From IMG/VR virus record IMGVR_UViG_3300032038_000010, positions 64,001-128,000 of that record: a DNA stretch of 64,000 nucleotides. One strand, written 5' to 3'. Positions 63,384-64,000 of this stretch are shown here, in pieces. A model generated the notes under the pieces. It had not been told where the DNA came from. It worked only from the letters and a program-made list of their open reading frames with translations, and made no database searches. Made by a program: the position numbers and the translations under genes. The first letter of the stretch is position 1. Each line of letters opens with the position of its first letter. This stretch comes from a virus. Lineage: Duplodnaviria > Caudoviricetes.

Positions 63384-64000
63384 TTGGATAAAAGAATTAG
63401 TTACAAAATTGTGCTTGATACAGAAACTTGCCCTATTGATAAAGACTTTCAAGGGGTTGACCCTTCTAATATGTGGGTGTACGATTGCGGTTGGGCGGTT
63501 GTTGACAAGCGGGGGAATGTTTACAAAACAAGGTCTTTTGTAAACGCTGACATTTTCCTTGGTGAAAAGGACTTGATAAAATCGGCTTACTATGCGAACA
63601 AAATTCCTAAATATTGGGAAGAAATCAAAAGTGGAAAGCGGATTTTGACAAGTTTCTACAATATCCGCAAGGCTCTTTTGGAAGATGTGGAAATGTTTCA
63701 CGTGAAACAAGTCTACGCCCACAATATGCGGTTTGACCTTGGTACATTGAACGTAACAGAACGCTGGCTCACAAAATCAAAATATCGCTACTTTTTTCCC
63801 TATGGCGTTGAAATCTGCGATACGCTTAAAATGTCAAGAGATGTAATCGCTACAATGCCAACTTACAGAAAATTCTGTGAAGAAAATAATTACTTCACAA
63901 AAAATGGTCAAGTTCGGCTTACTGCTGAAATTATTTACAGATTTATTACAAAAGATAATGACTTCACTGAAAAACATACAGGGCTTGAAGATGTGATGAT
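63384..64000 (+). CDS. DEDDh 3'-5' exonuclease; runs off the window
   Basis: TTG start with GAGGT SD; VLDTET, AHNMRFD, DTL, HTGLED. Confidence 0.85.
   Translation, partial: MDKRISYKIVLDTETCPIDKDFQGVDPSNMWVYDCGWAVVDKRGNVYKTRSFVNADIFLGEKDLIKSAYYANKIPKYWEEIKSGKRILTSFYNIRKALLEDVEMFHVKQVYAHNMRFDLGTLNVTERWLTKSKYRYFFPYGVEICDTLKMSRDVIATMPTYRKFCEENNYFTKNGQVRLTAEIIYRFITKDNDFTEKHTGLEDVM

Noticed and set aside
856-63722. Many short opposite-strand or alternate-frame ORFs in the track (e.g. 4940, 8449, 16749, 20163, 45423, 54617, 61021, 62118, 63375)
   Set aside because: Shadow ORFs overlapping better-supported genes, with no SD or motifs.
1-64000. TGA reassignment
   Set aside because: TGA behaves as a normal stop, often in ATGA overlaps (3390, 52008, 54780); no gene needs TGA read-through.
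1-64000. Suppressor tRNA, aminoacyl-tRNA synthetase or release factor
   Set aside because: No cloverleaf or such gene recognised by eye; predicted to lie outside the window. tRNAscan-SE or ARAGORN is needed.

Overview
AT-rich (about 30% GC by eye) segment of a large tailed dsDNA phage of a Firmicutes host (sigmaA-type promoters, Clostridia-like HPr homologue). Layout: minus-strand head/tail genes (1-9.8 kb); a plus-strand nucleotide-metabolism, lysis and replication block (9.9-49.3 kb: phosphoesterases, PIN-PhoH, holin-like gene, amidase, GyrB/GyrA, NAD ligase, ClpP, ThyX-like, SSB, helicase, primase, RecJ, Dda-like, DnaE, NrdD/G, dUTPase, RuvC-like); minus-strand terminase operon (49.3-54.4 kb); a SLOG + PARG pair; a possible genome-end region (~56.3-56.8 kb); and a promoter-dense early region of tiny genes (56.8-64 kb). 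Main result: at least 25 in-frame TAG codons interrupt otherwise intact genes, including major capsid, portal, terminase and dUTPase, while credible genes end in TAA/TGA. The conserved contexts point to TAG=Glu rather than the Gln of code-15 phages. Also found: five group I introns with homing endonucleases; an 8-nt stop-containing hairpin splitting the PHP motif of dnaE (candidate ribosomal bypass); about 17 GCGGCCGC palindromes; a candidate phage-specific promoter motif; and a repeated divergent-promoter cassette that appears to transcribe short GC hairpins. No tRNA or CRISPR array was recognised. Family calls come from motif recognition only; no searches were run.
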